Part shown: positions 1-13,632 of the stretch, one piece after another
How positions within the stretch are numbered: the stretch's first letter is position 1
Layout of the letters: each line of letters starts with the position of its first letter
Made by a program: the position numbers and the translations under genes
Notes under the pieces: model-generated
Told to the model about the DNA's origin: nothing
Seen by the model: only the letters and a program-made list of their open reading frames with translations
Database searches by the model: none
From: Octopus bimaculoides
Taxonomy: Eukaryota
Direction of reading: 5' to 3'
Assembly: GCF_001194135.2 (NCBI RefSeq)
Contig: NC_068981.1
Coordinates: forward strand, 66,582,599-66,646,598
Length of the DNA stretch: 64,000 nucleotides

Positions 1-45
<45 letters not shown>

Positions 46-2600
46 TATATGTGTTTACATAACAAAATAGCAAAGAGGTATTAAAAATATATAGAAAGCA
101 AAATTGTAATGAAATTAAAAAAACAAAAAACAAAGCTCTTCTGGCTGTGTGGTAAGAAGTTTGCTTCTTAACCACATGATTCTGAGTTCAGTCCCATTTT
201 GTGGTACCTTGGGCAAGTTTCTACTATAACCTTGGGCCTACCAAAGCCCTATGAGTAGATTCAGTAGAGGAAAACTGAAAGAAGCCAATCTTAGTAAAAG
301 AAACCCATAGAATAAGCACGAGGCTTAAAAAAAAAAGCATTTAGGTCAATTTATGTGACTAAAATTCTTCAATGCAATGCTCCAGCATGGCAGCAATCTA
401 ATAACTGAAACAAGTAAAAGATGAAAGATATATCATTTTAATGTTGAAGGAACATTGAAATCGCCTTGTAGTAAGTACTGTACATGTGTAAAAAAATCTT
501 CTTAACTTTGTATATGAAGTTGTCATTTCTGTTCTTCATACAAAATCATCTGAGCGGAAAAGAACATTGTTGTCTTGGTTACATTTTTATTGAACACTAC
601 ATTCCCTAGCTCAACATTCAAAACAGAGGAATAAAAATTCTTTACTCATAAATCAAAGTAAGAGTTGGTCACAGGAAGAGTATCTGGCTGTAAAATACTG
701 CCTCGAATAAATAGTTATTTAACCTGTGCCAGCATAGAAAGATGCATTTAAAAACAAATGAATGAAAAATATATTTTTGATTATCCAGTTTTATGTAGTT
801 GTCAATGATTAAATGTTTCTTTAAGAAAATATTCTTATAGAAAATGTTTGTATAAACAGGAAGAAAATGTTAAACTTAAGGAAAAAAGAACTGGAGTTAC
901 ATTTACAGAGTAAATTCAGTTTAAGACTAGGGAAATTATTAAGCTTATGTAAAAATGGGAAAGTTTATAGTTAGCATTTATCAATTGAAGTAAGGATAGA
1001 AAAAATGGCAGTTGTTGAACTTATAGCTTTTCTAATACTTCCCCAAGTCGCTATTGACAAAATATTTATAGGAATAGATATTCTCTTGGTCCACTAGAAT
1101 TTAAAAGATATTACCAAAAAATCTGTATTTTAAGAAAGAAAATGTTTGGAATATTTAATAAAAACGAACTTGTTTAAAATTTGTTTTTCTGTAACTCCAG
1201 TCATCTTTGCATAAGTAAGTAGACTTATGGTTCATAGGTTGTCAATTGAATGTTGCATACAATTGGCATTTATGGTTGTTTATTCAATAATATTCTTTGA
1301 CTGAAAACATCTTGTTCCTCACTGCTTATTTTAAGGATGGATGGAAATTATTAAGAGAGATCTTGTTGCTATATTGAGTAGGTTGAATATCTTCAGAGAT
1401 GTTTCCTTGCCAGTTTTAGAGATGTTTCCTCATGTGTTGCCTATAGTAATGTTTTATTTTTGTGTCTCAAAACTGTGTATTTTTTAAATATATTCTTGGT
1501 TTAGGAATGGAGCAGAATCTTTCTTTGTTTCCTATGTTGTAGTTTAGCCTCAGGTCAGCTTTCATCAGCAAAGACGTTCTAGTCATTGTAATAATAACAC
1601 AATCTTTACAATCTTTCAAACAATGTATTTTGGACTACATTAACAAGTGTGTCATTTCTTTAAGACAATTGGGTTGCTATTTCTAGCATGTCAAGTAATC
1701 ATATTGAGACTCCATCATTGGCTCAGTTCACCTATATTTCAAGATGAGGTTCTTCATAGAACTTTTTCTCTCCAGTAACTCACAAGTACATGAATTACAA
1801 ACCTTTTAATTTTCTAGATGGGAGATGTGTGTTCTATGTGTTAATCAAAGGCAACAGTCATGATTTCAGCTTAGCTGGGTCTTGTCAGTTTCAGTGTCTT
1901 TACACTTGCGTCAAATGTGTTTTTTCATCGTTGTCCCCACTTTTGTTTTTTTTTTTCTGCTTTGTTTTCGACCCCCTCGAAAAGAAAAACTCTACATTTG
2001 TATTTTGTCCCCTCTGTGTTGAGCCCTGTGTGGCTAATAAAGAAACCTATAAGTAAATAATCAGGTGACAGATTTGGCAATTAGTGTTTTGAAGAGAATT
2101 ATGTAACAGACCAGAGGGTATATAAAATAATTCTTTGTGAGAAATAACTTCTGCTTCATTGGTATAACTATTGCTTTATTATAAAAGTTATTGCTTTATT
2201 GGCATATCACATGCCATATTGGAATTCTGCCTTTTAAAATTCATATCTTTCACTTTTCGTAAGGCAGAAATAAGTAGAAAATCCATTTGTTGCTATGAGT
2301 TATGTTAGAAGTTTGGAGATGAAATAAAGTAACTTAAAAACACCTGCTACAATGCATAATAGATTCATAAACTCAGGAATTTATAGCTTGAGAAAGGAAT
2401 TTATACCTTTCTATTACAGATAGAAATGTAGTATCTAGTTTTTCTGAGGGAAGAGAATTTGGAATTAGTTCTTCAGTTTTCTTATCCAATTAAAGAATGT
2501 GCTCAGGAAATTTGGTACCTAACTTATTCCTGATAGCTTGGTGATTTTTGTGCATGCAGAATTAACAACCTCACCTAAATATACTATAGATGGATTGAAA

Positions 2601-2793
2601 TTAACCCTTTGACATTCACATTATTTTGTCAAAAGTAATGCTTATTTATCCACATTATTTTGAATGAGTTTGATGAGGTAACTGTAATTTTTAGAATGAT
2701 AATGTAGGGTTGGTGTGAGAGGCCAGATCTGACCAGTTTGAACATAAAGCAGAATATTTTGGGTGGATATGGCTGGTTTAAATGCTAATGGTA
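2601..2793 (+). mobile_element. TTAA-CCCTT-ended MITE (piggyBac-type), decayed
   Basis: Starts ttaaccctttgacattc and ends aatgctaatgg (decayed tgctaaagggttaa). Homologous to the inverted copy at 57279-57456. Confidence 0.6.
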
Positions 2794-3001
2794 GCCTTGT
2801 ACATAATCTTCTTGATTACATAGCCTTTGCCATTGAATGATGTACCTCACTGAGAGGAAACTGATGCAGTTAAGAGGATCAGCATCTTTATTATTCAGTT
2901 CCTCAGCTTGGTATTTTGTTGTCGTCATCATCATCATCATATCAACATATTTATCATTCAACTACATAGCCTATTAGTCTTTTATCATCATCTCATCATC
3001 A

Positions 3002-3450
3002 TAGATGCAGGTGTGGCAGTGTGGTAAGAAGCTTGCTTCCCAACCACATGGTTTCAGGATCATTCTCACTGTGTGGCACCTTGGGAATGTGTCTTCTACT
3101 TCTACTTAAGCTGACCAAAGTCTTGAGTAGATTTGGTAGATGGAAACTGAAAGAAACCTGTTGTGTGTGTGTGTGTGTGTATATACACACACACACACAC
3201 ACACTCACACACACATACACACGTGTGTGTGTGTCTTTTTGTGTCTGCATTTGTCCTACCACCACCGCTTGATAACCAGTGTTGGTGTGTTTATGTCCCT
3301 GTCACTTTGTACTTAAGCAAGAGAGACCAATAAAATAAATACCAGGCTTAATAAAAAATAAGTACTGGTGGCGATTAATTTGACTGAAAATTCTTCAAGG
3401 TGCTCCAACATGGCTGCAGTCTAATTACTGAAACAAATAAAAGATAAAAG
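3002..3450 (+). mobile_element. tRNA-derived SINE family A (CORE-like centre, internal (TG)n, AAAGAT tail)
   Basis: A/B-box head gtggcagtgtggtaag...ggtttcagg, centre tggcaccttggg(c)aagtgtcttctact, tail gactgaaacaaataaaagataaaagat. The same family occurs at 141-428, 27835-28180, 28746-29157(-), 30808-30970, 32490-32615(-), 37880-38010, 50895-51045(-) and 22706-22822(-). Confidence 0.85.
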
Positions 3451-3499
3451 ATCATCATCACCACTGCTACATGATACTTCTGCTTGCTTTATTCATCAG

Positions 3500-4100
3500 T
3501 AGCTTTATATTGTTGGAAGTGTTGTGAGGGGATAGAATTCCTGTTGATTTTTACTAGTTTTGAGATCTCTTGCTGAGAATGTACTGCTGTGGTTTGATAT
3601 TGCCTATTTTAGTTCTAATGCTCATAGGAGAACATCATCTCAGCAGTGCATGTTAAATCAAAACACTTGTTAATTGTATAGAACAGCCATTGCTTAGGGG
3701 TAAGCCATATCATCTACCCATAGTATACAATTTTTTGACAGCATTGTGGGTTGGGCCTGTTCTAGTTAAGTGTCTTAGTTGTGGATGCTGGAAAGTGCTA
3801 GAGATTAGATACAAATCACTGTTTTTTTTTTTAATTAGTGTTCTGACGAACTTATCTTGGTCAGCTGCAGTTCTGCCTCTTTTAGTGAAACTATTAAAAT
3901 TTCCTTTCTTACATTATATATTCTTTCAAATTAAGAATCAATTCAAGAAAGCCATATAATGTTCTTTTTACTTTGAAATGCAAGATATTCTCTCTGAACA
4001 TCAGCAGCAGTAGCTATGGAACTGACAGTAATTCTTGCATGATTCCAGGATTTGCTATGTTCTAATAATAATCTGATCAATGTATGATGTTAACCTTGTT
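3500..4100 (-). mobile_element. Possible RTE-type endonuclease remnant
   Basis: Minus strand LYLISSTFQHPQLRHLTRTGP resembles the L.I.NT.FQH...H..TW..P motif. Heavily decayed. Confidence 0.35.
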
Positions 4101-4929
4101 GCTCATAATTAACCCCCCCCCACCACCAATAGTTATTGTGTATGAGTATGAGTCAATGTCAGTTTGAAAGAGAAATCTTTGATTTTTGAGAAAAAGCAGA
4201 ACTCTAAATGGAACAAATTTCCTGGTATTATTAATAACTGTTCAATGTTTGATTAGAAAATAACAATATTTATCTATTTTACTGTTATCACATTCAGTTT
4301 CTCATACATACATACATGGATGATGATGTTGTTTGCTATTAATTTGGTTGTTTGCGTGTTGTCAGACGAAGTGTTTTTCCTCGATAATCATTTAATTATG
4401 TGGCAGAAATAGGTTTAGTCATTAACTGGTTGATCAAATTGATGATGCAACTGAAATGGTGTACATTCTCCAGGGTTTCAAACCAATGCTTAATTGTTCA
4501 GTGTGGGGGATTTTTTTTTTATTCTGTGTGTGTGTGTATCAGTGATCTGACTCATGCAAGCATAGAAAAGTGGACATATGACAATAATGATGAGGGTGAC
4601 ATATAAAATGTATGTTTGCTTGTGTACAAACACACACACACACAACCTCCCCCCCCACATGCATGCACGCGCACACACACGCACGCATGCACACACATAC
4701 TCTCTTATTATAATCATGGATAATGTTATCAAAATTACTGGGTTCTAAACATGAGCAGAGTATGGTTATATCTTATGCTTGATACTATCAACTAGTTGTT
4801 GTCTAAGTGGCTGCATCTCAAACCTTATATATGTGTGTATATCCACACACATACACACACGTCATCAACATTTTGTATTCGCTTTCCATGCTGACATGGG
4901 CTGGACAAATCATTACAGTCTGAGTTAGT

Positions 4930-5415
4930 GCTTATTGGGACCTATTACAGTCATAGCAGTCCGACTTGCCAGGAAAGAACATCGTAATGCTGAACAGGAA
5001 TACAAAATGCACAAATCAGAGATTAACAGGAAAAAGCACAATAGATCATCCAACCATCTCAAGCAGGTGGCAAAAAAAGGCTGTGCTTGAATTCAAACAG
5101 CGCATAGCAACCAACCCTGACAGCAAAGTGTTCTGGAGGTATGTACATTCAAAGCAGAGACCTCACTCTCCAGTTGGTCCCCTTCGCAATCCCCATACAG
5201 GCCATATTACTGACAATCCCAAAGAATGTGCAGAAATTATTGCTGGATGCTATGCAGGCATCTTTACTGTCGAAAATCAAAATGTTCCACCTCCATCACC
5301 TTTGACACTGGACACTATAACTACTATGAAATTTACACCAGCAATGCTACAACGTCACCTTAAGAATAAACATAACTATGCCTCTCCTGGTCTCAATGGT
5401 GTTACATACCTACTT
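4930..5415 (+). mobile_element. CR1/L2-like LINE ORF2 fragment (EN-RT linker)
   Basis: NPDSKVFWRYVHSKQRPHSPVGPLRN..GHITDNPKECAEII...IFT...SPGLNGVT matches the NPKxFWxY...VGPL...AE.LN..F.SVFT...SPGPDGI linker. Confidence 0.75.
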
Positions 5416-5539
5416 AACAGAGTGTACTGGTACTTTTTACATGGTACCATCACCAGTGTTTTTTATGTGGCACCTGCACCAGTGCCTTTTACATGTTACT
5501 GTGGTTTTAGGATATCAATTCTGTTGTGGTGGGTGGATC

Positions 5540-6320
5540 TTCTTGAGTACAACAATGTGTCATATTTCTGGTCCTTTATCATCTCCTTTGTAAGGCTCAG
5601 TTGTTTTGAGATTAGCCTTCAGTACTTCACCCCATTTCTTCCTGGGTCTCTCTCCACAACTTCTATCCACTTCAAGTGATCAGCACTTGTTTATGCAACT
5701 ATCCTCATCCATACACATCACATGGCCAAATCAGTGCAGTCTTCTCTCTTGCATGCTGCATCTAATTTCTCTTATTTCTCAATGCATTAGTGTTCTTTTG
5801 CACATGTACACTGACATTGCACATCCAGTGGAGCATACCAGCTTCATTCCTCTCCAGTCTTTGCATGTCATCTGCATTCAGAGCCCACATATCAGTACCA
5901 TGAAGCTTTGCAGTTCATATGCATGCATCACACAATCTTCCTTTCACTCAAGGAGAGAGAAACCTTTGGTTACTAACAGAGGTATAAGCTCTCAGAACTT
6001 TTTCCATCCTATTTTTATTCTACCAATTATTCTTTTGGTATATGTACATCCTCCTCCACTGCTAATTAACACAAATTATCCACTACCTTTAAAAAGCCTC
6101 TGGGGGCATTTGAGTAAATCATTTTCCCCATGTATCTGTAGTTGTTATGGCTTCTGTACATCTTCCACATGCAAACACTACTTTCTCTGTAAGTTTTCTT
6201 ATTATTCCACTGCATCTCTTGCATGTCCATTGCTTGCACTGAGTTCACCAAATGGTATTTCTGTCTACATCTTTTGTACATATTGAGCAGGACCTGCCTA
6301 CAACTTCGCGTATTCCACAT
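5540..6320 (-). mobile_element. RTE-X-like LINE 3' coding end (decayed)
   Basis: Minus strand: SCSICTKDV.RN...TQCKQWTCKRCSGI (Cys-rich insert), an ELxPLLVTKGFSL..KGRL.DAC-like segment, LERNEAGMLHWMCNVSV, GHVMCMDEDSCI and RPRKKWGEVLK. Confidence 0.8.
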
Positions 6321-6735
6321 CTGATTTTCGTAAATATTACTCTATCTACTAAAGGAGCAGGCTACCAGAAGCACTATATATATAAAGCTTGAAAATCAGA
6401 CTAACAGCTTTTTATTACAGGTAGTAAGCTGAAACTTCAAAGTTACTTTCAACCTTTTCCTTCTAAATATCCATATAAATATATGTGTGATAAAATCTTT
6501 GGATGTTGTTCTGAAAATTTCCAAATAAACTGTATACATTAATTGCTAATTTTAGGACATTATATTGCTCTGATTTATCAATTGTCTAAATTTAGAACTA
6601 AGCATGGAGAGGAATGTCAGTTATGGTAGTGTTTCTTTTGTGGAATCTTTGAGAAAATCTAAGCAATGAACTTGTGATTTTCAAATTTATTCACATTGTG
6701 TTTTCTTGTAAGTAAAAGTAGCTATAGGCAATTGA

Positions 6736-6827
<92 letters not shown>

Positions 6828-6949
6828 AAACACCTCTTTATCATGTTGTGAGAAGTAAATAAAAACATAAACATTTGTCTCTACAAGTAAAACTAAAAAT
6901 ATTGGAGTGCTCTGCTTCTTAAAATAAATCAGCACAGTGCTGCTGTTCA

Positions 6950-7550
6950 TTTAAAAATTTTTGCAGTTTCTGTTGTGTAAGATTTAAAAAAGAAAAACAG
7001 ACCTGATATTGAAAAATCAGCACTTACTAATGAGTACATAGATTGTAAGAGGGTATGATCTTGTAAAGATAATGTAATTGAGTCAATACTGAAAGTTTGG
7101 TTTGGCAATGTTCGTGAAAAGAATGCATCAATTAATGGACTACTGATGCATCAAGAAGCAGAAGAGTTTGTAAAAGAAATGGTAAAAGAAAATTTCACAC
7201 CAACTGATGGATGATTGAAGTGAGAGAATAGTGTGTACAAACATGTTCATGGGAAGGAAAAAGTGCTGATTTTTTTTTTTATTTCTTTATCAACTGAAGT
7301 GTGAAATATTGCTGAATATTCTCCTGAGATTATTTACAATAGATTGCACAAAAATAAAACCTGGCTTTATTTTGTGTAGAGTGCTTGAGTTTACATATTT
7401 GTTAAGAAATGGAAATGCTAAAAAGGAAAGGGATTTAAATTTTTAAAAGAACAAGTGATATTTCTTTATCATGTTATTATGAAGGGACATAACTGAGACC
7501 GTCTTATTACTGGAAAAGTCAAAAATCCTCAGGGTCTTAGGGTGGTCAAA
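6950..7550 (+). mobile_element. pogo/Tigger (CENP-B/Jerky-like) transposase remnant
   Basis: IESILKVWFGNVREKNASINGLLMHQEAEEFVKEMVKENFTPTDG*LK matches the Tc5-type HTH motif (WF...R...I.G..L...A..F......F..S.GWL). Downstream EYSPEIIYN and LITGKVKNPQGL match DDE_1 motifs. Confidence 0.8.
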
Positions 7551-7775
7551 AGTTTATCTGTTCATTACTGTTCTTATTCAAATGTGTGGTTCACTTAAGT
7601 TATTTTTAACAGGTGGTTACTTATATAGATTTTGGAATGTAAGTAAACAATTGGTTTGTTAGTTGACAATTATATGACATATAAACAGTTTATCATTAAA
7701 AAACATCAAAATAATTTTCTTACCTTCAAATTTTGCTTTGTTATTTCAACCATGTGACTAAGGTGTAAGTTTTAA

Positions 7776-10700
7776 CCCTTCCATCACCAACTAGCCAGTA
7801 GATACTCAAGAATTTCTTTAGCTTATGTCACATATGTGCCCATACCTGCCCAAAATTGCCTGTTCATCATCATCATCATCATTGCCATCAACATTTAATG
7901 TCTTTCAGTTGAGCATTCCTAATCTTGTGGGCTCGTGGGTTGGTGCAATGTAAAAAGTACTCGTGTCAGTGCCATTTAATAGCACCTGTGCTGCTGGTGT
8001 TGCCTCAGAGCACCCACTACACTGTAAAGTGTTTGGCACTTGGAAGGGCGTCCAGTCATAGAAACCATGCCAAAAACAGACATGGAGCCTAGGTAGCTCT
8101 CCAGCTGGGAAGCTCTTGTCCAACCCATGCCAACATAGAAAACGTTAAATGATGAATTATGATTTCCATGCTGGAGAGTTGGATGGCTTGATAGGAACTG
8201 GCAAGGCCAGGGGTTGCAACAGGTTCTGTAATCTGTTTTGGCTTGGTTTCTGCAGAGTATATAGAGTGCTTTTTATGTGGCACCATCACCGGTGCATTTT
8301 TTTGAGGAATCAGCACTCACACCAATGCTTTTTATGTGGCACCTTGGTTTTAGGATCTCAATTCTGTTGTGGTAAGCAAGTCTTCTTGAATAGAGCAATG
8401 CACCACATATCTCAGGCCTCTGTCATCACATATTTAAATATTAACTTCAGTGCAAATCATGTTAGGACATTCATGAAAACACATGATTTCACTGCATAAA
8501 CAAATAAGTTACAGAAGCTAACATTGTTTGGCATGATATCAGATCTTTGTGAACTATTGGAGATTTGTTTCCACATTTTTTCTGCATCGAATTTCTGAAA
8601 ACTTTTAATACTGATGGAAAGTGGATACTACTTTCATGTTAAGTAGTGAATCAGACTTTGAAGGATTTTCAACAGAAGACATAGAAAAATCAAATAAAGT
8701 ATGGTGAATACAAAAACTGCATGGTGTGTGATTATGAATTGGATATTTCAGTTTCTGAAAGTGAAACTAGTGATTCCAATGATAAATCCAAAAGTTACAA
8801 AGTAAATAGATTTGTACCTGAATCAAGTAAGAGTTTGAAAATTCTTTTCCTTAATGCTATTTCTGAAGAGACCTGGACCTGGTCAAAAATCTTATGGTTT
8901 TGTCTCTGAGGAGACAAAACAGCTAGATTATTTAAAAAAATCTTTTCTTCTTATTTCGTATGTGTATTTCGTGTACAAGATTCTTGATGTGGATACGTGT
9001 GTTGAAAGAAATACAATTAAACCTTGGGAGAGGCATTATGCCGGTAATAAACACACGCACTGGTTCAATCCTTTATTAATTTATATAGTTTTTTGTTAAA
9101 TTATTTCATTGCACTCTTGCAATCTCTTCAGTAACTTGTCTCTCCACTTCCATTTATTTTCTTCTTAGTTTATTCAAAACAATTACTGCAGAAACAAATC
9201 ATTATGCATATTATAAACAAAGAAATAAAAAAGGTAGTTTGTGTTTCCCACATGTTTAGATGAAATCCAAGCATCTTCTGCAATTAATATTATTATGGGT
9301 ATAAGAAAGTGATCCAAAATTACAAAATACTGGAGCAGCGATGAACTTTTCAGGGTCCACTTGTTTCCAGAATTATGATGGGGACCTGCTTTTTAAAGTG
9401 ATCATAATATCTACATGTAAGAGAGAGAGCAGTATAACAGTATGTAGAGAACTAAATTTTGAACCCTTATTTAAAATAAAACTCCTCATTAACTGCATTT
9501 AGAATGATTATCAAACATTCTACAAACAAGGAGATACCTCTCCTTCAATGAAGGTATAGTGAGTTACAAAGGTCAAGTACATTATCCAGCAGTGCATGCC
9601 TAGAAAAATCCACTTAATGTGGGGGATCAAAATTTAGAAGATTTGTGAAGCCAATACTGGGTGCTGCTGTGCATTCAGATTTTATATGGGGAAAAGGGAC
9701 AATAATGTAAGCCATCATGGCCTAGGATATGATGTGGTCTGGAATGTATCACTCATATCATAACAAGGCTGTTTTTTTAATTTTTTTCACTGGTTTTTCA
9801 GTTTGGTCAAACCTGTGGTAGATTTAGAGGCTGTGGCAACTTATACATGTGCTACAGTAGTTGCAAGTAGGAATGGGATACCCTTGGATATAAAAAAAAG
9901 CAAAATTTTAAAAAAGAAGTGAAATAATCCAATGACAGAAAGGAGACTTGCTGGTAGCACGTACAGAGATAAGATGCAAGTCAATTTTCTATCTACTTGT
10001 GTGCAGCCACATCAAATGACTATTACCTGTTGGTAAGCCTGGCAATACCTGGTTTGGTATATAGTAAATATGAGTATTGTTAATGCATTTATATACTATA
10101 TACAAAATTAAGAGGGGCTTGGAAATGATGCAACCATCTGCAGTTCTGAGCAGATATAGCAACACAGCCAAGGGCAGGTTTTTCATTGGAAAGAATAATT
10201 GTTGGAAGAAAAACTAAAGCCTGTCAGAGGGATACCCCTCTGAATTCAGCTGATCTTCATAAACTGGGAAAAATCAAGAGTTGCAAAAAGGGGAGCTGTG
10301 AATGTCTTTATCAAAAAAAGAAAGCTCTCAGTGGACAGACAGTGGAAACAAGTTTCCAGTGTGTATGCTGCAAGGTTGCATTATGTTGAGGGGGATGCTT
10401 TACAAATAATAAAAATGTGTGGTTTGTATATATATACAAATATATATATATATATATATATTTCTATTTGTCTGTCTGTCTGTCTGATTTGATTTTTATT
10501 TTTTTCTCATTTACCTTGTTTTTATTTCTTTTATTTATCTGTCAGTTTAATTTAATTTTAAGTTTGATAAATTTGCGTTGTGAATCATTATTATATATGT
10601 TTCTGTCTATTTATATATATCTGAGTTTCATTTTGTTGACAGTATGTGTATTTCATTTTCTAGTTTAATTCAAAGATGAATTCCAGTATTTCATTCTAGT

Positions 10701-11090
10701 TTACCTTTATTACTACACATGTCTTATGTACATTTAAGTTTACCTGATAATCCAGTGATGTGCACAATTCTTCTGTATTTAAAATTTTGTTGTATATCCA
10801 ATTGAATATTAGATAATGTCTCATTTCCTATGGCAATGATTAAACAAAATTGGAATAATTTTATATTTAGTTGAATTTACATGTATTTACCTGTAATTAG
10901 AATTGCTTTGAGAGAAAAATTATGCAATATATTTAAGAACATTTTGTTAAATTGTGTTCCTGAATTCTTGACAATATGTCGATAAATAAAATAGAGTTGT
11001 TTTATGAAACCAGTGTATTCATGATTGTATTAGAATTTAATTGAAACATATAAGGGGTGTATTTTGGTTAAATACATAGTAAAGAAAGGG
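7776..11090 (+). mobile_element. Decayed, apparently full-length piggyBac (PGBD4-like) transposon
   Basis: TTAA (7772-7775)+CCCTTCCATCACC on the left and AGTAAAGAAAGGG+TTAA (11091-11094) on the right; both ends resemble CCCTTTCGTTAC. Internal transposase remnants are present, interrupted by retroposon tails at ~7865-8420. Confidence 0.7.
8636..10415 (+). pseudogene. piggyBac transposase remnant
   Basis: Acidic N-terminus MLSSESDFEGFSTEDIE / DISVSESETSDS. Then EPLFKIKLLI (DPLFKIRPLI motif), LSFNEGIVSYKG (SIDE..FKG), MWGIKI*KICEANTG, HGLGYDVVW, TYTCATV..SRNGIP, and a C-terminal Cys-rich domain ETSFQCVCCKVALC. Many stops and frameshifts. Confidence 0.85.
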
Positions 11091-11759
11091 TTAAAGGCTT
11101 ATTATTGATCAGAAATTTACACAAAAATTTTGATGAATCTCAATGTCAATCTGGTGCAAATGCAGTTATGAATTGAATTCCCTTTCTTGGTGTCTTTCAT
11201 ATGTTAGGAATGTTATGGAAGCGAGTCTGAAAAAAAAAAAAATGAATGAAAAGGATATGCCTATTTAAAAATTGTTAAAAAAAGATGGATGTTCTAAAAG
11301 AAACATAGAAACTTTTGTTAACAAGGAATTAAAGCTTATTATGAATGGAAATCTTGGTAGAGCTCTAGACTATGTACAAAAGGAAGAACCTGAAAATTGG
11401 TTGGCTGTTGATAGAGTTGTGACAAAGCTGAACTGGAAGTGAAAGTGACTGTCAGAAATATGTCAAGCTATAATGAAGTATGACATATGAACAGTGTAAT
11501 CAACACTGGGCAAGTTATATGCACATGTAGATATGCATTATATGAACATGCGCTCACACACACACACACACACATACACACACACACATACACACACACA
11601 CATGCTAATTGGATGACCGTTGAATCTTTCGAATTCATCTGTCATGCCATTTTTCATTCTGTTGGATGTAAAAAAAAACTCAACACCCTCCTCATCATGC
11701 AGGATTAGTGGGGTTACCTATTCAATCACTGAAAACATAACCATACACATGTTGCACTG

Positions 11760-12640
11760 GCTTACATGATTACCTGGAACAGGTCATTCATTACTACATT
11801 AATGGTCTGACAATAAGCTTGAAGGAAACGAAGGTAATGTTTAATCCAGCACCAGGGGTGCACTACATTGAAGCAAACATTTTTGCGTATGGTAACAAAT
11901 TGGAAGTGGTCACGTTTTTATATCTTGGGAGTATCAGGAGCTGGATCCCTAGATGCTGAAATTCACTCATATCCAAAATCCTTGTACAGATTTTGGTAAG
12001 GTATTTCAGCTAAAAAGTCAAGTGTCTATAAGACATGTGTTTTGATGTTCCTTCTGTGCTTGTTCAAGAGAGACAACATTTGGTCAATATCTTAAGATGC
12101 TTGAGAGATTTCACAAAAAATATCTGAGGGGCATACTCAAAACCAGGTGGCAGACTCTAGCAGTAGACACTAAGATATTCCTAAGAGCTGACTATCTTAT
12201 TAGTGAATCACGGATCATCACCAGTCAAATGCGATAGGCATATGTTGAAGAGTAATGAACAGCTTTTAAAACAGCTTCTCTACATCAAATTAGAAACTGG
12301 AAAGTATCTACAATTAGGCTTAAAAAACAAATACTACTACTGCATAGAATACAACCTCGAGATAAATGTGAATGACTGAGAAGAGCTGCTGGTGTCACTA
12401 CTTTAATGCTTCTAATCATTCAATGAATGATTAGAGGCATTAAGGCTGTGACATTTTGCACAAGGGCAGATGAAACATGTCAAACTGAAATGTACCTTTT
12501 GTAAAACCTTCATTCCAAACCTGCATAAGAATGTGAAGAGCTGAAAGTGTAATACCTGCAGATAAGCTCTTTTATTGAAGGCAGGGTTAGTTAATCACAT
12601 GGACTTGCACATCACACACATGCCCATTGAAACAGCCTGT
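11760..12640 (+). mobile_element. RTE (BovB-like) LINE RT C-terminal remnant
   Basis: GLTISLKETKVMFNPAPG, NKLEVVTFLYLGS, LERFHKKYLRGILKTRWQ, and a terminal CxxC...AGLVNHMDLH zinc knuckle. Confidence 0.8.
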
Positions 12641-12899
12641 TAATATCAACAGCTTATTGCTACATCTGCAACATATTACTTGTGCAGCATGCAGCAAAAT
12701 TCCCAAATCCAAAGCTGTATGTGAAGTTATATGCACTGGAATATCATACATATATACACAGCTGCACTCAAGTTCTTCTTCAGCCTCCCTTATCACTCAT
12801 CATCTCTCTATCACTGATCCCTCCATTGATGTGTACAATCAACTACTTGGGTCTATGTTGAAATACTACAAAATATACAAAAAGTAATTGTGAGTAATG

Positions 12900-13632
12900 G
12901 TCTTTGTTCCAGGCATACGCCAGACATCTTAGATGCATTGCCTAAAGAGATAAGATTCTGTGATGCTGCCTATGACATCATCATCATTATTTAACATCTG
13001 TTGTCTATACCTTGTAGAGGTTGAATGGTTTGACCAGAGCTGCCAAGCTGGGAAGCTGCACCAGACTCGAGTCTGATATTGCATGGTTTCTGTGGCTGGA
13101 TGCCCTTTCTAATGGTAACCACATTACAGAGTGTGCTGAGTGCTTTTACATGGCACTACACAGATGCTTTTATGTGGTGCTGCATGGGTGCTTTTCTGTT
13201 AGAAATTATGAAACCTGTTTCATATCAAAAGTTGTAGAACCTTCTTATATGGGAAACCTTATTTAATACCGATTGCATGTTGATAATCTCATATTTTGGT
13301 GTTTCATTAAAAATCTACTACTGCTATTATATGAAATATTTAAGTAAACTAGGGATCTCATAAAGACATAAATCTTTGTTTGAAAAGACAACAACAGAAA
13401 TGATAAATAAATAAATATAAAATGTAATCAGAAAACAATTTAATGAGATTTTATGATTGATCTTCCTAAGAATAACAATTAGATATTTGATTCTAATACC
13501 ATTAACTTTTGTTTCATTTTAGTCCTTGACATGAATATCTATCATCAGACTTCTTGAATGTATTAATTTACTTTACAAATAAAAATATTGGCTCACAACA
13601 GTGAGCTGTATGGAGACTAGATACAATTTAAC
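12900..13632 (-). mobile_element. hAT 3' fragment, copy C, with a retroposon tail inserted at 12976-13197
   Basis: Homologous to 18715-19180 and 20742-21230. The empty site ..tatgac|ctgttagaaatt.. is seen in copies A and B. Confidence 0.75.
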
